This document shows positions 1-16,608 of a stretch of 64,000 nucleotides of DNA, in pieces (positions within the stretch are counted from its first letter, which is position 1; each line of letters begins with the position of its first letter). The notes under the pieces were generated by a model. That model saw only the letters and a program-made list of their open reading frames with translations. It had not been told where the DNA came from and made no database searches. The position numbers and the translations under genes were made by a program. The DNA lies in assembly GCF_009914755.1 (NCBI RefSeq), contig NC_060943.1. One strand, written 5' to 3'. The DNA comes from the human T2T-CHM13v2.0 reference genome, Homo sapiens.

Positions 1-1211
1 CTGCTGTGAATCAAAGTGTAGATTCCAGGCAAATTGAACCTTTGCTCCCAGGTTATAATCCTTAAACTTGACCCAAATAAACTGTCTACTTATATTCATG
101 TTGTGTCAGCTTTTTTTTTTTTATGTAGACTTATCATTTAGAATGTGCTAGAGCAGCCTCTATGAGGGGATCCCTCCTTTGTACTCCATTTGCTGTAACA
201 CCAAACGATGCGGAACCAGGTGGATTCTACCTAGAATCTGCTGATAAATTCAGGCCTCTGCCTGGGATTTATAAAAATGGCCAGATATTGGATTGAGAAT
301 GTACAGAAAACAAACAAGAAATTTTCAGCATTTTGAGATATCAACATAAACATCTTACAGCCCCCATTTGGGAGTGTGGCATTTTGAGGTTTTTTTACAT
401 CTTGTTCATTGACCTGCTACAGTTATGTGAGAGGCTCCAGGAGGAAATAGCATCTGATGGCAGAATCTGTAAGTGTAAATAAGCATCTTAGGAGTGAGAG
501 ATGAAGTCCACAAAATATCCAGAGCCATGACCACAACTATATTTACCTGTAAAATGTGATACTAGAGTGTAGAATATTTTAGTTTTTTCTCTTACCCAAG
601 AGCTAGCAAATCAGAATGGTGATCCCGGTTCTGGAGCTCCACCAGGGTAATTCCCTATTCCATTTACATTCAGCCTGAGTCTCTCCAGCCTGGCTTATCA
701 TTGACCATCAGCCCTGCATCACTGGGAATTCTCTCACAATCACCTAGGTGTCTTTGAGGCATTTGAGGATGTCCAGAGCAGAATTATGTCAGGCTGACAA
801 GAACGGTTAATTCGGCTTCTGTCTCAGTGTAAGAGAAATGAGTCATTCTGTGTTTGTTCATCCCCTCATAGAAGAAGTGCCATTGGTTGGTACCCAGATG
901 AGAGTTTATCCAGTTTCCTGGTACTTGGATGATAAACAAGGAGGAGATCTGGAGACCTAAATAGATAAACTAGTTGTTTCCATTTCATATGGCCATTAAA
1001 AAAAATGAAACAGTCATGGTTCCTACAATCCAGAAACGTTTAGTCTAGACTAGCAACTGGATAAATAATTAAGTTATGCATTATATGGTTGGTACAATAA
1101 GCAGATGTGTCCAAAATCTTGGGCTTTATTTAGGCCGCTGTCTTTATATTGTTGTGACTTCTGATGTCTACACCTGAATGATATTTATGAACAGAAGAAT
1201 TGCTATAATTT

Positions 1212-1505
<294 letters not shown>

Positions 1506-2844
1506 ATATAATATCTAATTTTTTTTACCTTGTTAAGTGCATGGTATTTATTTTCCAATAAAATTACACTAGAAAACCTGAAGGGATTTGTTTAAGTTGC
1601 ATATTAGTATATGGTATAAAGTTGACAGGGCAGTTGCTAGAAAAGATTAAAATTAGAGAAATTCTAGGATTTAAGTTTCTTTCAAGTAAGCTTAGAAAAA
1701 ACAAAACTGGTATTACCCCAGTGGCATAGAGAACAGAATTCTATAGGGTCCTTACCCTGTTCCAGACCTGTTCATATTCACACTTGTTGGAGGCCTTATT
1801 TAGATCTGAATCTAACCTGGAGTCTTGCTCTCAGAACTGATTAGTAGAGATCAGAGTTTTGGCTGGTGAATCCTGCTGCCTTTCTAGAGCTGGTGCTCAC
1901 AATTTCCTGAAACCCAAAAGCAGATAAATGGGAAAAATGAAGTATGTATTGTAGGGTCTTAGTTTTTAAATTTTCTGTTAAAACCAGTGCTTGCAGAGAC
2001 ATTCTATTTAGCAACTTGTTTTCTATTCCTGCAGATCCAGTAGTTGCTCCACAAGTCACAAAAAAGTAAATATAAACAGAATACAATTTTCTCTAAACTA
2101 CATTAAACTCTTCCTTTCTATGTCTCTTTCATCTGTCTATATTTAGCTTTTATTCTTTACAGTTTTTTTAAAAATTTGCTAACAGAGAAACAGAAGAAGA
2201 AATAAAAATGCTGGGCCCTTTATCTAAATCTTGGAAATTATTAAACCCTTAGTACCAGCTCCAGGGTGTTATGACAATTAAATCACATAATGTGTTATGC
2301 CCAGCACAGTGCTCCATATCATATTCTTGAGCACATAGTACGTGCTTAATAAACATTGCATTAGTACATGTGTACATGTTTTTTAAATCCAGACTTATTC
2401 AGACATTGCTGCCTTTTGTTTCCTCTGTAAACTTTAAAGAGCCATCAAAGAATAGGAAACTTTAGGATGGAGATGGGTTGTCCTTATTTGTACAAGAAAT
2501 ATTTGGTTGTGACAAGAGTTCTAAGTGTAAGGAACCCTGTGCTGTGCCTGCTTTCTCTAACTAATGCTAATAATGAGCCCAGTGGAAGAAACATCAGCAT
2601 TGACAGGGAACTTGTTTAAAACACCCATTCATGGACCCTTTTCAAACCTGCAGAATCACATTACATAAAGTGGGGCCAAAATTACCAAGTGATTTATAAG
2701 CTCGTTAAAGCTTGAGAGGCAATGATTAGCTCAGTGGTTATCAGCCCAGGCTTCTCATTAGGATCACATGGCCAATTTGCAGAAACCTCTTGTGCCCTCC
2801 CCACAGCTTCTGTTTATTGTTGTGGGTAGAAATATCCATGTTGT

Positions 2845-2995
2845 TTTTTTTTGCCTTTTTTTTTTTCCTTTTTGTGGAGAACGGGGTCTTGCTATATTGC
2901 CCAGGAAGGTCTCAAACTCCTGGGCTCAAGCTATCATCCTGCCTCTGCCTCCCTGAGTGCTGGGACTACAGGTGTAAGCCACTGCATCTGGCTCC
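2845..2995 (-). mobile_element. Alu monomer (FLAM-like)
   Basis: Left-arm sequence plus poly-T. Confidence 0.8.
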
Positions 2996-4489
2996 AAGTT
3001 ACTTTAATGAAGGGCCTCATGTGACTCTAAGGTGAGGTCAGAATCAAGTATGAGGGTTTCAAAATACATTCATGAGAGTTAAGTTCCAACTATGCCCTAA
3101 AGTGCGGTCACAGGGGCAGTTCTGTTTGGGTTTGGTAGGGACAGGTCAGTGTGGCACATATTTGCATTACTGTAGCAGAAATTGCTGGTGTCTGTGGCAG
3201 GGGAGGGCAACTGAGGACAGAAAAGGAGAAACTTATATTTTTATCTTCATGGAGCGGCTCATTGTTCCTGAATCTCTTCTGTTTTAAAGGACAGAAATGA
3301 GTGGACTTTTTCTGTCTTTTTCTGCCAGTTGATGTCATGCTAGCAGGTACATGTGTGGTACTGACACCTTTAAAGGCATATTCTCAACATGCAGGTGTAA
3401 TTTATCCAGAGAATCTCATCTGAGAAGAAATTCCAGAGAAGGAGAAGAAAGAAAAAAAATGGCTTTTCTTCAGGTAAACAGGTGTCAGATGAAGAGCTGT
3501 GTCCACTCTGCCTCCTGGACTGCCATGAATTTAGTACTTACAAAACTTTATTTCTCTACTTGTGTTTTTCCTCCTTAATGAGTTTGATTTAACTACTTCT
3601 TAAAATTCTTATGATAGTCAAGAGTCTCTGAGAAATATTTCTTTCCAATATCCAGTAGCCTTCTCTACATTTTCTATGTTATAGCTTCTTATATGACATG
3701 AAGAATTCTCAGCAAGAATTTATGATACACAGTATTAAAAATGTTCCCTTTGTGGCTGTTGAACAGGGAAAGATGTGGGTACTCAAGATCTCTATTGGGG
3801 AAACTTGTGGTCCATAGTACACATGGAGAACATGTCATGTTGAGGCTCCATCTGTGTGTTCCATTAGCTCTATGCAGAACAGGATTAAGAAAATGCTGAT
3901 TTAAATGAAATGGAATTTATTAACCAGAAAGTTCTGAAAAAAGTTATTTGGAGATATCTGTTTTCTAGGTTGCCAAATGAAGCCTATTTAAAATTACTAT
4001 TAAAATTACACAACATAGGAGTTATCTGGATTTTGAAGTTTGTATACAACTGATTTTTTTTATGGTTAAATTCAGACTATAATTTACTTCTTTTGGGAGA
4101 AATATTTCAACACTGATGCTGTGTTCTTCTATGTGAATTAGCACATCATAAAAATTTGTCCTAGTGCAGTTAGTGGTTAAAGATTCACTTGGTGGAATAG
4201 CTCTCTGATGAATTATTTTCACTACAGAGTTAATTATTTTTCTCTTCATCATGAAGTATCTTTATGCAGCGGATGTGCATAGACCATCACATTTAATCTG
4301 GCAGCTGTTCTTTTTTCTAATTTTTTCTACATAATTTTCTTTGGAAAATGAAGGCTTTCATCTTTGCTTACAGGCTAGAAAAACTGGGAAAAACATGGGC
4401 TCTTCCACTTACTGGATGTCTGCCAAAATATCCTTCTTGGGCCAAAAACATTGGCATTACTGGTGAGCTTGTTAGAAATTCAAAAAATT

Positions 4490-4798
4490 GGCCAAGTGCT
4501 GTTGCTCAAGCATGCAATCTTACCACGTTGGGAGGCCGAGGTGGGTGGATCACCTGATGTCAGGATTTTGAGTCCAGTCTGGCCAACATAGAGAAAACCC
4601 TATGTCTACTAAAAGTACAAAATTATCTGGGTGTGGTGGTGCATGACTGTAATCCCAGCTACTCAGGAGGCTGAGGCCGGAGAATCACTTGAACCCGGGA
4701 GACTTAGGTTGCAGTGAGCCAAGATTGCATCACTGAACTTCAGCCTGGGCAACTAGATCGAAACCCTGTCTCAGAACAAAACAAAACAAAACAAAAAA
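4490..4798 (+). mobile_element. Alu
   Basis: Dimer with (CAAAA)n tail. Confidence 0.92.
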
Positions 4799-4878
4799 TT
4801 TGAGAGGTGCCTTCTAACTCAACATGTCTTTTCCATTTGAAAAATATTCACAACTCATTCTGTATGATGTAAATATAG

Positions 4879-5284
<406 letters not shown>

Positions 5285-5360
5285 GTGAAGATAGCATTAA
5301 TATATAATTCATAATATACTCTGAAGAGTATATTATTTCTCTTTTTTATAGAATGTATTA

Positions 5361-5695
<335 letters not shown>

Positions 5696-6103
5696 GAGTT
5701 TCTGATCCCCCTTTATTTGTAAAATCTTCAGAATTTGGTAATATAGGAAAGAATTTCTTCAATATGTTTTATCTTAATCCAAACTTTCCACAGTACTGAG
5801 ATGAGCTGTATTCTTCACTCTAAATTAGTGGTACTTCCAGAAATTTAGCGGCATAAAATATTGTTGCCCCACCTGAAAATCTAATTGCCACCACCAATTT
5901 TTGATTCAGTAGTACCAGGTATTAAAATTAAGAAACCTACAAATTGAAAGTATTTTCTAAATATTTAGAAATTTCTTTTATAATTTAGTATTTTGGTATC
6001 AATTTACTATTATATTTTATCACATCCTCTCTGCTGAGCACATTACTAGCTTGTAGTTGGAGAATATGAGCAAGATTCATGTTATTTATTCTTAATAAAA
6101 CAG

Positions 6104-6199
6104 GTATTGTTTTCTCTAAGCCAGACCTGATCACTTGTCCGGAGCAAGGAAAAAAACCTTTGACTTTGAAGAGACTTGAGATGATTGCCATAGCCCCAG
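6104..6199 (+). pseudogene. KRAB-B exon of copy A
   Basis: [40 protein letters not shown]; 11/96 differences from ZNF826P exon 3. Confidence 0.9.
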
Positions 6200-6399
6200 G
6201 TAGGTGCGAGTGAAAATGAATACAACAGATGACACAGATAAGAGGTCCCAAGGTCAAAGAGAAAGCCAGTCCTTAGAATGTGACTGGGGAAGCTGAGTTC
6301 CAAAGGAAATAGTTCCTGGGCATCTGGGGTTTTTTGTTTGTTTTATTTTTTTAAATTTTGCTCTCAGAAAGGGGCATCTTTTTTGTTACGCTTTTTGCT

Positions 6400-6697
<298 letters not shown>

Positions 6698-7339
6698 CTG
6701 CTTTATGCCTGTAAATTCTCTAAGGATTCTATTTTTCTTTCAGTGAGCTTCCTTCAGGTTTATACTGAAAGCAAAATTCCTCTTCATGGCATATAAGAGA
6801 CTGCACAATCTGGCTGCTTTTTTATTGTTTGCAGGACTCACAAATATTTGCATGATTTTGAGAAACTAAAACTCTTTTTTAGGTTTTTTTTGCATCAGAT
6901 TTGAAATGTGTGAGAGCAGTAGTTTCTTTTGCATTTTTTTGTTCATTTTTCTGCACAGTCCTTTCTGTTTTTATTGCTAGTCTTGAAATATAGTTTGCAA
7001 TTATAAGTATGATATCCTTCTGCTTTGCTCTTTTTCCTTGATTGCTTTGGCTATTCCAAGTTTATTTTAGTTTCGTGTAAATTTTAGAATTATATTTTCC
7101 ATTACTGTGAAAAAAATAGCACTGCAATTTTGATTGGCATTATATTGAATCTATAGATCACTTTGGATAATATGGCACTTTAGTAATATTTATTTTCAAT
7201 TCATAGACATAAAATATTTTAAAATTTATTTGGATCTTCCCTAATTTTTTTCATTTTTTTATTGTAAAGATTTTTTTATCTCCTTGGTTAAATTTTTTCT
7301 CAGACATTTATTATTTAATACTATAGCAAATAAGATTTC

Positions 7340-7640
7340 TTTCTTTTTTTTTTCTTTTAGAGATAGAGTCTTGCACTGTCACCCAGGCTGGAGTGCAGTG
7401 GCATGATCTTGGCTTACTGCAAACTCCGCCTCCTGCGTTCAAGCAATTCTCTTGCCTCAGCCTCCCAACTAGAAGAGATTGCAGGTGCCCACCATCAGGC
7501 CCAGCTAATTTTTATATTTTTAGTACAGATAGACTTTCACCACGTTGGCCAGGCTGGTCTTAAACTCCTGAACTCAGATGATCGACCCCCCTCAGCCTCC
7601 CAAAGTGCTGGGATGGCAGACGTGAGCTACCATGCCCAGC
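7340..7640 (-). mobile_element. Alu
   Basis: Alu consensus. Confidence 0.92.
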
Positions 7641-7779
7641 ATCTTCCTGTATTTTATCAGATAGTTTTAAGTGTATGAAATCATACGTATACTTGTATGT
7701 TAATTTTATATTTTGCTAATTTACTGAGTGTATTTGGTTTAGACAGGTTTTAATATACTGTTTATGGTTTCTTTGTGTT

Positions 7780-8077
7780 TATTTTTGAGACAGAATCTCA
7801 CTTTGTCGCCCAGGCTGGGGTTCAGTGGCACAATCTCAACTCACTTCAAGCTCCACCTCCCAGGTTCACACCATTCTCCTGCCTCAGCCTCCTGGGTAGC
7901 TGGGACTATAGGCACCTGCTGCCGTGCCCGGCTAATTTTTTGTAATTTTTTTTTTTTTTTGTAGAGATGGGGTTTCACTGTGTTAGCCAGGATGGTCTCG
8001 ATCTCCTGACCTCGTGATCCACCCGCCTCGGCCTCCCAAAGTGCTGGGATTACAGGCGTGAGCCACTGCGCTCGGCC
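7780..8077 (-). mobile_element. Alu (AluY-like)
   Basis: GATGGTCTCGATCTCCTGACCTCGTGATCC; TSD CTGTTTATGGTTTCTT. Confidence 0.92.
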
Positions 8078-9009
8078 CTGTTTATGGTTTCTTAAATATA
8101 AAATTTTATGATCTACAAACTGCAACTTTTTACTTTTCTTTAATTTCAATGGATTAAATTTTTTCAACTAATTCTTCTGCCACATACATCCAGTGCTAGA
8201 TTAAAATAGAAGCAATGACAATGGGCAAAATATAGTTTTATATTGGTGTCTGAATTTGATGGAGCAAACACCTCTTCAAATTTTCATAAACTGATTTCAG
8301 AAGATAAAAATCTTTTGTTGGACCCTTAGGGTGATGATATGCTCTCTGAATTTGTAGTGAAGAGGGGTTGCAGCTTGGTCACAAGGCTGCTGGGTCTGCT
8401 TTAGGGTCCACCATTAGTTGGCTTGTTACAGGGGCTTGGATAGTTGTAATTCCCATTTTATTTGTGAACAGACCACATGTTTTTCAGGACTTTGCTCCAT
8501 AGGGCAGACACTAGGGCAGGTTTTTGCAGTCGGATCTGCATATGGTGGGCCTCGTATCAGGATGCGGATGAGTGTAGCTTTCACTGAGTACCAGAGAACA
8601 TTTCCTCAGGTAACTGTGTGGGTTTCTATGTAGGCAGAACTGATCATAAACTGAGGCTCAGGTAACTGAAACTGAGTCATTGAACTGCTTCACAGACCCC
8701 AGTAAAGGCCAAGGTTTGCAGGCCTGCCTACATGGCTGTAAATGGGTGCCTTCCTCCAGGTCTCTGGAATGGCAGGACCTTGGCCAGACTGTGGCTGGTA
8801 GGAGTTTGGGATAATTACAGAGTAAGTTCAGAATTCTCAGTGGGATCAAGTTGGGTGAACCCTATCCTGGTCTGTAGCCAAGAACAGGGGTCATGTAGTT
8901 TTCCACCTGAATGAGGGCCTGCCTTCCAAATAGAACACTTCTCAACCTTAAGCTTTAACAGTTTTTCACAACTCCCTCCCTGGATCTCAAATCTCTCATA
9001 GAGGCCCTT

Positions 9010-9442
9010 ATTTTGGAGATGACGTCTTGCTTCATAACCAAGGCTGGTCTCGAAATCCTGGCCTGAAGCAGTTCTCCAACCTTAATGTACCATGTAGCTG
9101 TCATTACAGGTGTGAGCCATAATGACTGGTTCTCTAATAAAGGCACTTTTTTTTTCCTCTGAGATGGAGTCTCACTCTGTCATTCAGGCTGGAGTGCAGT
9201 GGCGCCATCTCAACTCTCTGCAAACTCCGCCTCCCGGGTTCAGGCAATTCTCCTGCCTCAGCCTCCTGAGTAGCTAGGATTACAGGTGTGTGCCACCACA
9301 ACCGCCTAATTGTTTTGTATTTTTAGTAGAGATAAGGTTTCACCATGTTTGCCAGGCTGGTCTTGAATTCCTGACCTCGTGATCTGCCTGCCTCAGCCTC
9401 CCAAAGTGCTGGGATTAAAGGCATCAGCCACAGCACTCAGTC
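9010..9442 (-). mobile_element. Alu monomer (9010-9125) + Alu (9147-9442)
   Basis: Alu consensus. Confidence 0.88.
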
Positions 9443-10669
9443 AATAAAGGCATCAGGGATGGCTGATTTTTTTTGCTGTAAGGGAATATGAAAATAGGGC
9501 TCTTTTAACCTTATTGATGTCACTCTCCCTATACATTTTTACTTTCTATTTTCTATTTCAAATTGTCTGTAACTTTAGATTCAGATATTTAGGACAATAT
9601 GCTAGAATTTGCATGGTATGCCTGAAGTAAATTACATAACTAGCAGGCACTCCATATTTACCAAAATACTTCGTTATAAATTCAAATTTGTTGCAGGCAA
9701 AAAGGAATTACAGAATTTTCATTTACATTCTTCAGACTATATCTAAAGAATAACAGTTTATTTCCTAATATTTGTTTCACATATCACAGTGCCTAACCCT
9801 ATTCTGCCAAATATATATGTATATAATTTTTTCTATGTTTAACAATTTAAGTCTATTTTTTGCTTCTAAAGTTGGATTACAACAGTTTCATTTTGTGTAA
9901 TAATAGCATATATTTTAAACATAAAGAGTAACCCTAGTTTCTTTTAAATGCTTATTAAATGTTTCTCATTAAGTCTTCTATTTATTGTTTTGGGAAAAAA
10001 AGTCTTTCTGCTACTTTTGTTATCCACATAAAAAAACATATCCTCTACAAATAATAATTAACAAATGTCCAGTTTTATTCATTACAAATATTAACATCAT
10101 TTTTCTTTTATTTATCCTTTATGCATCATTTTATACATTCACACACACAAAGAACATTAAAAATATATCCAATTATTCAATTTTGGTTGAATTTTCATTA
10201 AAATAAGTGTTAAAAATATTTATTTGTTTTCTGTTTTGAGAAGGCTTTTATTGTTGTACTCCAGAGTGTTATTTCTGGAGACAAAGTTGCCTGTGCTTTA
10301 ATAGGGAGATTCCTGGGAGAATCTAAACCATAAGCAACAAAATTTTAAGTTAATAAATTCAAGACAAAGCAGAAAGTATAGATTTGCTTTCAGCATTCCC
10401 GAGGTGTTTAGATTTTTATTAGTCACCTAATTAAAATATTGTTCCAATAATTGTTCTTTTCTTCTGAAAATAAGCAGAAACTCATACTTACACAAAAACA
10501 CTTCATAATTTTCTTACACCTAAGGTTTATCTTCAGAATGATATGTGTATATTTAACCCTGTGCAAATTAACACTAAAAGTCTATGTTTGCAGGCAGAGA
10601 CCACATGTTCAAAGAAAACTATATAACAAATATTTTTAAATAATTTTTCAGGATTTTCTATGGATTTCT

Positions 10670-10959
<290 letters not shown>

Positions 10960-10979
10960 TAATTTTTATTATGACCATA

Positions 10980-11215
10980 AAAATAACAATGTAGTCAATA
11001 ACAATTTAATTGTACATTTTAAAATAATTAAAGTATATAATTACACTGTTTGTAATAAAAAGTATAAATGTTAGAGGTGATGGATACCTTATTTACCCTA
11101 ATGTAATTACTACACATTGTAGGCCTGAATGAAAATATGCCATATAAGGCATAAATATATACACATACTATATACCCACAAATACCAATAATAAATTTCA
11201 ATAAGAAAAAAGAAT
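10980..11215 (+). mobile_element. L1MA-like 3' end
   Basis: GAGGTGATGGATACC...CATAAATATATACACATACTATATACCCAC plus A-rich tail. Confidence 0.65.
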
Positions 11216-11929
11216 AAAAATCTAACCTATGGAAACAATATTCTTAAATTCATTTGCTGTTTAAAGCCACTTGCAAAGTGATTACTAGAGATGTTATTTC
11301 ACTATGTACCAAATAGTATATTGCTATCATCTTTTACCTACACCCTTGAGTAAGGTGGGATAGGTTAAAGTTAGTGGAATAATGCTTCATTAAATGCACA
11401 ATAGTCTTAACATGTTAAAAAAATAAAATTAAGTTTGCACATAATCTAATGATTTTTAAATATACTGCATTTTATTACATAAAAGTACAATTAATAATAT
11501 ACTTATTTTAATATACTTTTAACTATAATTAACAATTCCACCATAATGTAGAAAATAGTCTGAACACCTAGCTTATACATTACTTAATATAGGTTAACTA
11601 CAATGAGCCTCTCCACTTATCTTTTCATCACGCATCTTACATTTTAGTGTCCTTACTTTTATAGAAAAGGTTATAAATAATGCCCAATAAAAAAAGAATC
11701 TCTGGTATCTCTGATGCAGCAAAAATTGCTCATATGTTTTCACATGTGAATAGGAATAAAATAACAGCATAAAGTAATTTGAAAGCTGTATGACATCATT
11801 ATTCACTTTTGAAAAACTTTTTTTCAAGAAAACAAGTATACTTTTAATGTAATTACAATGCTTCCAAAAATCTCCTTTTAAAGCTATATACAAATAATTT
11901 TAAACAATTTTTTATTTTTATATTTATCA

Positions 11930-12480
11930 AGTGTGGCAACCAAATAAAGGCTTTGTCACATTTTATACTTTTCTACAGTTTCACACTAGTATAATTTTTT
12001 TATGTATAGAAACGTTGGAGGTGTTAGGAACAGCACTGTCACATCTTTCAGGTTTGTAGAGTTCCTCTTCAGCATGAATTATTGCCATGTCTCTTAAGAA
12101 TTGAGAACTTATGGCTAGGAATGGAGGCTCATGCCTGTAATCCCAGCACTTTAGGAGGCCAAAGTGGGTGGATCAACTGAAGTCAGGAGTTTGAGACGAG
12201 CCTGGCAAATATGGCAAAACCCCATCTCTACTAAAACTACAAAAATTAGCTGGGTGTCATTGTGGGTACCTGTAATCCCAGCTACCCAGGAGACGAAGGT
12301 TGCAGTGAGCCAAGATCATGCCATTGCATTCTAGCCTGGGTCACAATAGTGAAACTGCATCTCAAAAAAAGAAAAAAAAAATTGAGAACTTGTTATAGGC
12401 TTTGCCAAATTCTTCACACCTGTAGGGTTTCTGTCCAGTATGAATTATGTGTAATAAGTGTTGAGAACTTCCTTACAAAG
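11930..12480 (-). pseudogene. Further degenerate finger remnants in the 3'UTR, split by Alus
   Basis: CATACTGGACAGAAACCCTACAGGTGTGAAGAATTTGGCAAAGCC at ~12395-12445 and weaker remnants to ~11930. Confidence 0.65.
12113..12380 (+). mobile_element. Alu in 3'UTR finger remnants
   Basis: TSD AATTGAGAACTT. Confidence 0.92.
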
Positions 12481-12489
12481 AGGTTTGTC

Positions 12490-12829
<340 letters not shown>

Positions 12830-12835
12830 GCTTTG

Positions 12836-14577
<1,742 letters not shown>

Positions 14578-14782
14578 TCAACTGCTAGACTCAGATAAAT
14601 ATATTTTACAAATCTAACCTATAAAATTTCACAGACTACCTAAGGAAGATGACATGGCAAAATACCACAAGCTGTAATTTCTTCCTGGACATATAAATGT
14701 AACAAAAACATACTGACCAAAATACAATTTGTAAAAAATGTATAAGTGAATTAAGTGTGTGAAGGGTCCCAGGTGAGCACAT

Positions 14783-14865
14783 TGCAAAGAGCCACATAGA
14801 AGATAAAGAAAAGCCTGTTACTTATACCCAACACAGCTCTTCCATATCTCCAGTATAACTCTGTG
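14783..14865 (-). ncRNA. MIR1270: pre-miR-1270 hairpin (mature 14831-14853)
   Basis: Minus strand CUGGAGAUAUGGAAGAGCUGUGU matches hsa-miR-1270 as recalled; arms pair (GGAGAUA/UAUCUUC, CUGU/ACAG, AGAG/CUCU); 83 nt. Confidence 0.9.
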
Positions 14866-14884
14866 CCTTTAAAAGTAAATTATT

Positions 14885-15487
14885 GGCCTGGTGTGGTGGC
14901 TTGTGTCTGTAAACCCAACACTTTGGGAGGCAGATGTGGGTGAATCACTTGAGGTCAGGAGTTCAAGACCAGCCTGGCCAAGATGGTGAAACCCCATCTC
15001 TACTAAAAATACAAAAAATTAGCCAGGCTTAGTCATGGGCACCTGTAATCTCAGCTACTGGGGAGGCGGAGGCATGAGAATTGCTGGAACCCAGGGGGTG
15101 GAGGTTGCAGTAAGCTGAGATTGCACCACTGTACTCTGGCCTGGGTACAGAGTGAGACCCCACCACAAAAAATAAAAATTAAAAAAAAAAAGTTAATTGC
15201 CAACCAGGCATGATGGCTCATGCCTGTAATTCCAGCAATTTGGGTGAACAAGATGGAGGACAACCAGAGGTGATCAGCCTGACCAACATGGTGAAACCTC
15301 ATCTCTACTAAAATACAGAAAATTAGCCAGGGGTGGTAATAGGTACCTGTAATCCTAGCTACCTGGGAGGCTAAGGCAGGATAATTGCTTGAACTCTGGA
15401 GGCAGAGATTGTACTGAGCCAAGGTCATGCCTCTGCACTCCAGACTAGTTAATAGAGTGAGGCTCTGTCTCACACATACACACAAAA
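14885..15487 (+). mobile_element. Two tandem Alus
   Basis: 14885-15190 and 15203-15487. Confidence 0.9.
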
Positions 15488-16018
15488 ATGTAAATTGCCA
15501 ACTCCTGGTTTCTTTTTTAAAAAACAAGAAAAATATTGACACATACATCTTTATTTCTGGCTTCTAGGGGCTTTTTTAGACACTAGTTGATATGTCCCAT
15601 GACACAAAATGCCAAAAAAAAAGGTGATATATGTTAGAATGACACTTTGAGTCTGAAGGTAAATTATAGAGAAGCAGAGAAACTGCAGTAACCCAAACAG
15701 GGAATGGGTGTAGTGAATGATTACTTATTATTAACTAAACAATAAACATAAAATTTTAAACAAGACACACCTTAAAAACATGTTTGAGGAATTCTCAGAA
15801 TCTAGAGTCAAGACAATTGATTTCAGACTATGCCAGGACAGAGCCATATTATAAAGACTGTAACAGGTAGCTTTTTGTTAATGTCCTAATCTCAATCAAA
15901 GGTTATAATGTATACCAAATATTAGAGCAACATGGCCCCATCAAAAAAATTATAAAATTTTCAAAAGCAACCATAAAAAGTATGTAAAGTAATTTTTAAA
16001 ATTCCAAATGAATTGAAC

Positions 16019-16608
16019 AGCCCAGTGTTGGTAGCTCATTCCTGTAATCCCAACACACTGGGAGATCAAGGTGGGAAAATCACATGAGGTCAGAAGTTTG
16101 GGACCAGCCTGAGCAACATGGTGAAACCCTGTTTCTGCTAAAAATACAAAAATTAGCTGCGCATGGTGGCATGTGCCTGTAATCCCAGGTACTTGGGAGG
16201 TTGACACAGGATAATTGCTTGAATCCAGGAGGGGAAAGTTGCAGTGAGTGGAGATTGTACCACTGCAATGCAGACTGGGCAACAGAGCAACACTGTCTCA
16301 AAAATAAAGTAAAAAAGGCCAGGCACAGTGGTTCATGCCTGTATTCCTAGCACTTTAGGAGGCTGAAGTGGGTAGATCATTTGAGGTCAGGAGTTCAAGA
16401 TCAGCCTGCCCAACATGGTGAAACCCCATCTGAACTAAAAATACAAAAAATTATCTGGGCATGGTGGCAGGCACCTGTAATCCCAGCTACTCAGGAGGCT
16501 GAGGCAGGAGAATTGCTTGAACCAGGAGGCAGAAGTTGCAGTGAGCCGAGATTGCGCCACTGCACTCCAGCCTCGGTGACAGAAAAATACTCTGTATCAG
16601 AAAAAAAA
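16019..16608 (+). mobile_element. Two tandem Alus
   Basis: 16019-16316 and 16317-16608. Confidence 0.9.

Larger units (their letters stand above)
6920..8260 (-). mobile_element. Old L1M ORF2 fragment (Alu-interrupted)
   Basis: TTGAATCTATAGATCACTTTGGATAATATGGC-type antisense L1; paralog at 23370-24060. Confidence 0.65.

Noticed and set aside
10230-10460. Possible processed-pseudogene 3'UTR or polyA site of the gene
   Set aside because: AATAAA is present on the minus strand but the region is AT-rich and I cannot assign a parent gene or the true 3' end without a search.
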